Part shown: piece by piece, positions 62,674 through 64,000 of the stretch | Numbering within the stretch: the stretch's first letter is position 1 | Layout: every line of letters begins with the position of its first letter | Assembly: GCF_009914755.1 (NCBI RefSeq) | Contig: NC_060930.1 | Reading direction: 5' to 3' (one strand) | Origin: the human T2T-CHM13v2.0 reference genome, Homo sapiens | DNA length: 64,000 bases | Notes under the pieces: model-generated | The model's database searches: none | What the model saw: the letters and a program-made list of their open reading frames with translations, nothing else | What the model was told of the DNA's origin: nothing | Program-made: the position numbers and the translations under genes

Positions 62674-63915
62674 AAATTCAAAAAAAGTTAACTTTATGAT
62701 TACCCTTTCTGGGAATACTAGTTGTTACTATACACATTATTCACATAGAAAAATCAGTAATGTACCAGTTGGTAGTTGAATTCTTCAGAGGGAAAGATTA
62801 GTATCTTATTTTTTATTTAATGAGATGAGGAACTAAAAGAGCATTACTATTCTTTACTACAATATATAACAGAAGTGTTTTCTTGGTGTCTGCAATGCAA
62901 ATTCTGATGTCAGTAAATACATTGAGAGACTAATTTGTCAAGCAAGCACAGACCACACATGGTTTCTTTTTATTTCTTTCTTTCTGAGATGGAAGGAAAC
63001 CTAAAAGTAACAATGTACACAACTCGCTAGGGTTGCCAGCAGCATTTTGGCGATGTCCCCTTGGGTCACAGAACGGCAGCATGGGTTCTATAGGTCGGGG
63101 TGGCATTAGCACTGACGGCACATAGCCTGTGTCTTTTGAGCTCACTTTCCATGTTATCCTAGGTCCTGTGAAAGAAAGACCTCAGGCTCACGTTATTAGA
63201 TCCTTGGGTAATTCTCCATACTCTGAAGTTCTTGAAGAAGGCACTGGCTGGGGTTAGGGTGGCTTTGGGAAACCCTTGACTGCTTGAGGAATCCTTTCCA
63301 ATTCCTTCCTTAACCAGGCAGGAGGAACAGCAGTTCATTCGTGGTCTTGAGTCCAGGTTCCAGGTTCTAAGCTTGGTCTATGCTTTTGGTGTGCTCTCTA
63401 ACTCAATGATAATGATAGTCATGGAAGTTTCTTAATATCTGGGGTTTTGAAACTGTTAGTTCTTGGAGCAAGCCCAAGTTTATTTTGGGGGAACTTTGCG
63501 CCAGCATTGTAGTTATACTGAAATTTAGAATATGTGGGTTGAAAAGCACCAAAGCCAGTGTGAGAAATCCAGCCCACCATTAGGGCTACTGAAGTCCCAT
63601 TAGGTTGACTACTTTCTGGAGGCCAATTGCACTTAACTTGGATTCCTGAGTGACTTTCTCTGGTCCATAACTTCATCTAGGTCACTGCTGAGACATCACC
63701 TCTCCAGTAAAACCATCTAGCCTGTCTAAAGTCATCCTTCCACTCCCCCAGTTGTCTCAGTTTCTCTGTCTTTTCTTCCCCAGCTATATTTTTCTTCATA
63801 ACACTGGTTTCTCTAGACATTATATTACATCTAGATTTGTCATATCCTGTCTCTCCTATTAGAACATAGACTTCTTGAGACGATGGACTGTCAGTTTGGT
63901 TTAATTTGACACGTG

Positions 63916-64000
63916 TTTTTTTTTTTTTTGAGATGGAGTCTCACTCTGTCGCCCAGGCTGGAGTGCAGTGGTATGATCTCGGCTCACTGCAACCTCTGCC
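63916..64000 (-). mobile_element. Alu 3' end, cut by the window edge
   Basis: Poly-T, then 'gagatggagtctcactctgtcgcccaggctggagtgcagtgg'. Confidence 0.95.

Overview
This is primate, very probably human, nuclear DNA from an intronic or intergenic region. It holds about 27 Alu SINEs of J, S and Y age classes, about 12 solo LTRs or LTR fragments (MLT2, MLT2A, LTR1, MER34, MST, LTR7C/HERV-H, THE1, MER31, MER74-like, MER4-group), DNA-transposon fossils (MER5, MER33, MER58A, MER44, MER20, a Charlie/hAT transposase remnant), and old L1M, L2 and MIR fragments. There are two large minisatellites: a 1.3 kb CATT/CACT/CCTT array and a 27-bp G-rich array. I recognise no protein-coding gene, rRNA, tRNA or CRISPR array. 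The long ORFs come from Alus and tandem repeats. A few short AG..GT-bounded segments on the + strand could be exons of an unidentified, probably non-coding transcript, but this is unproven. I found no support for a novel multi-gene system. The best observations are small structural ones: a 5'-inverted (twin-primed-like) Alu, reuse of one insertion site by two Alus, a minisatellite grown from an L2 tail, a G4-prone VNTR and a 30-bp-phased triple motif. Repeat family names come from recalled consensus sequences, not a search, and some boundaries are approximate.
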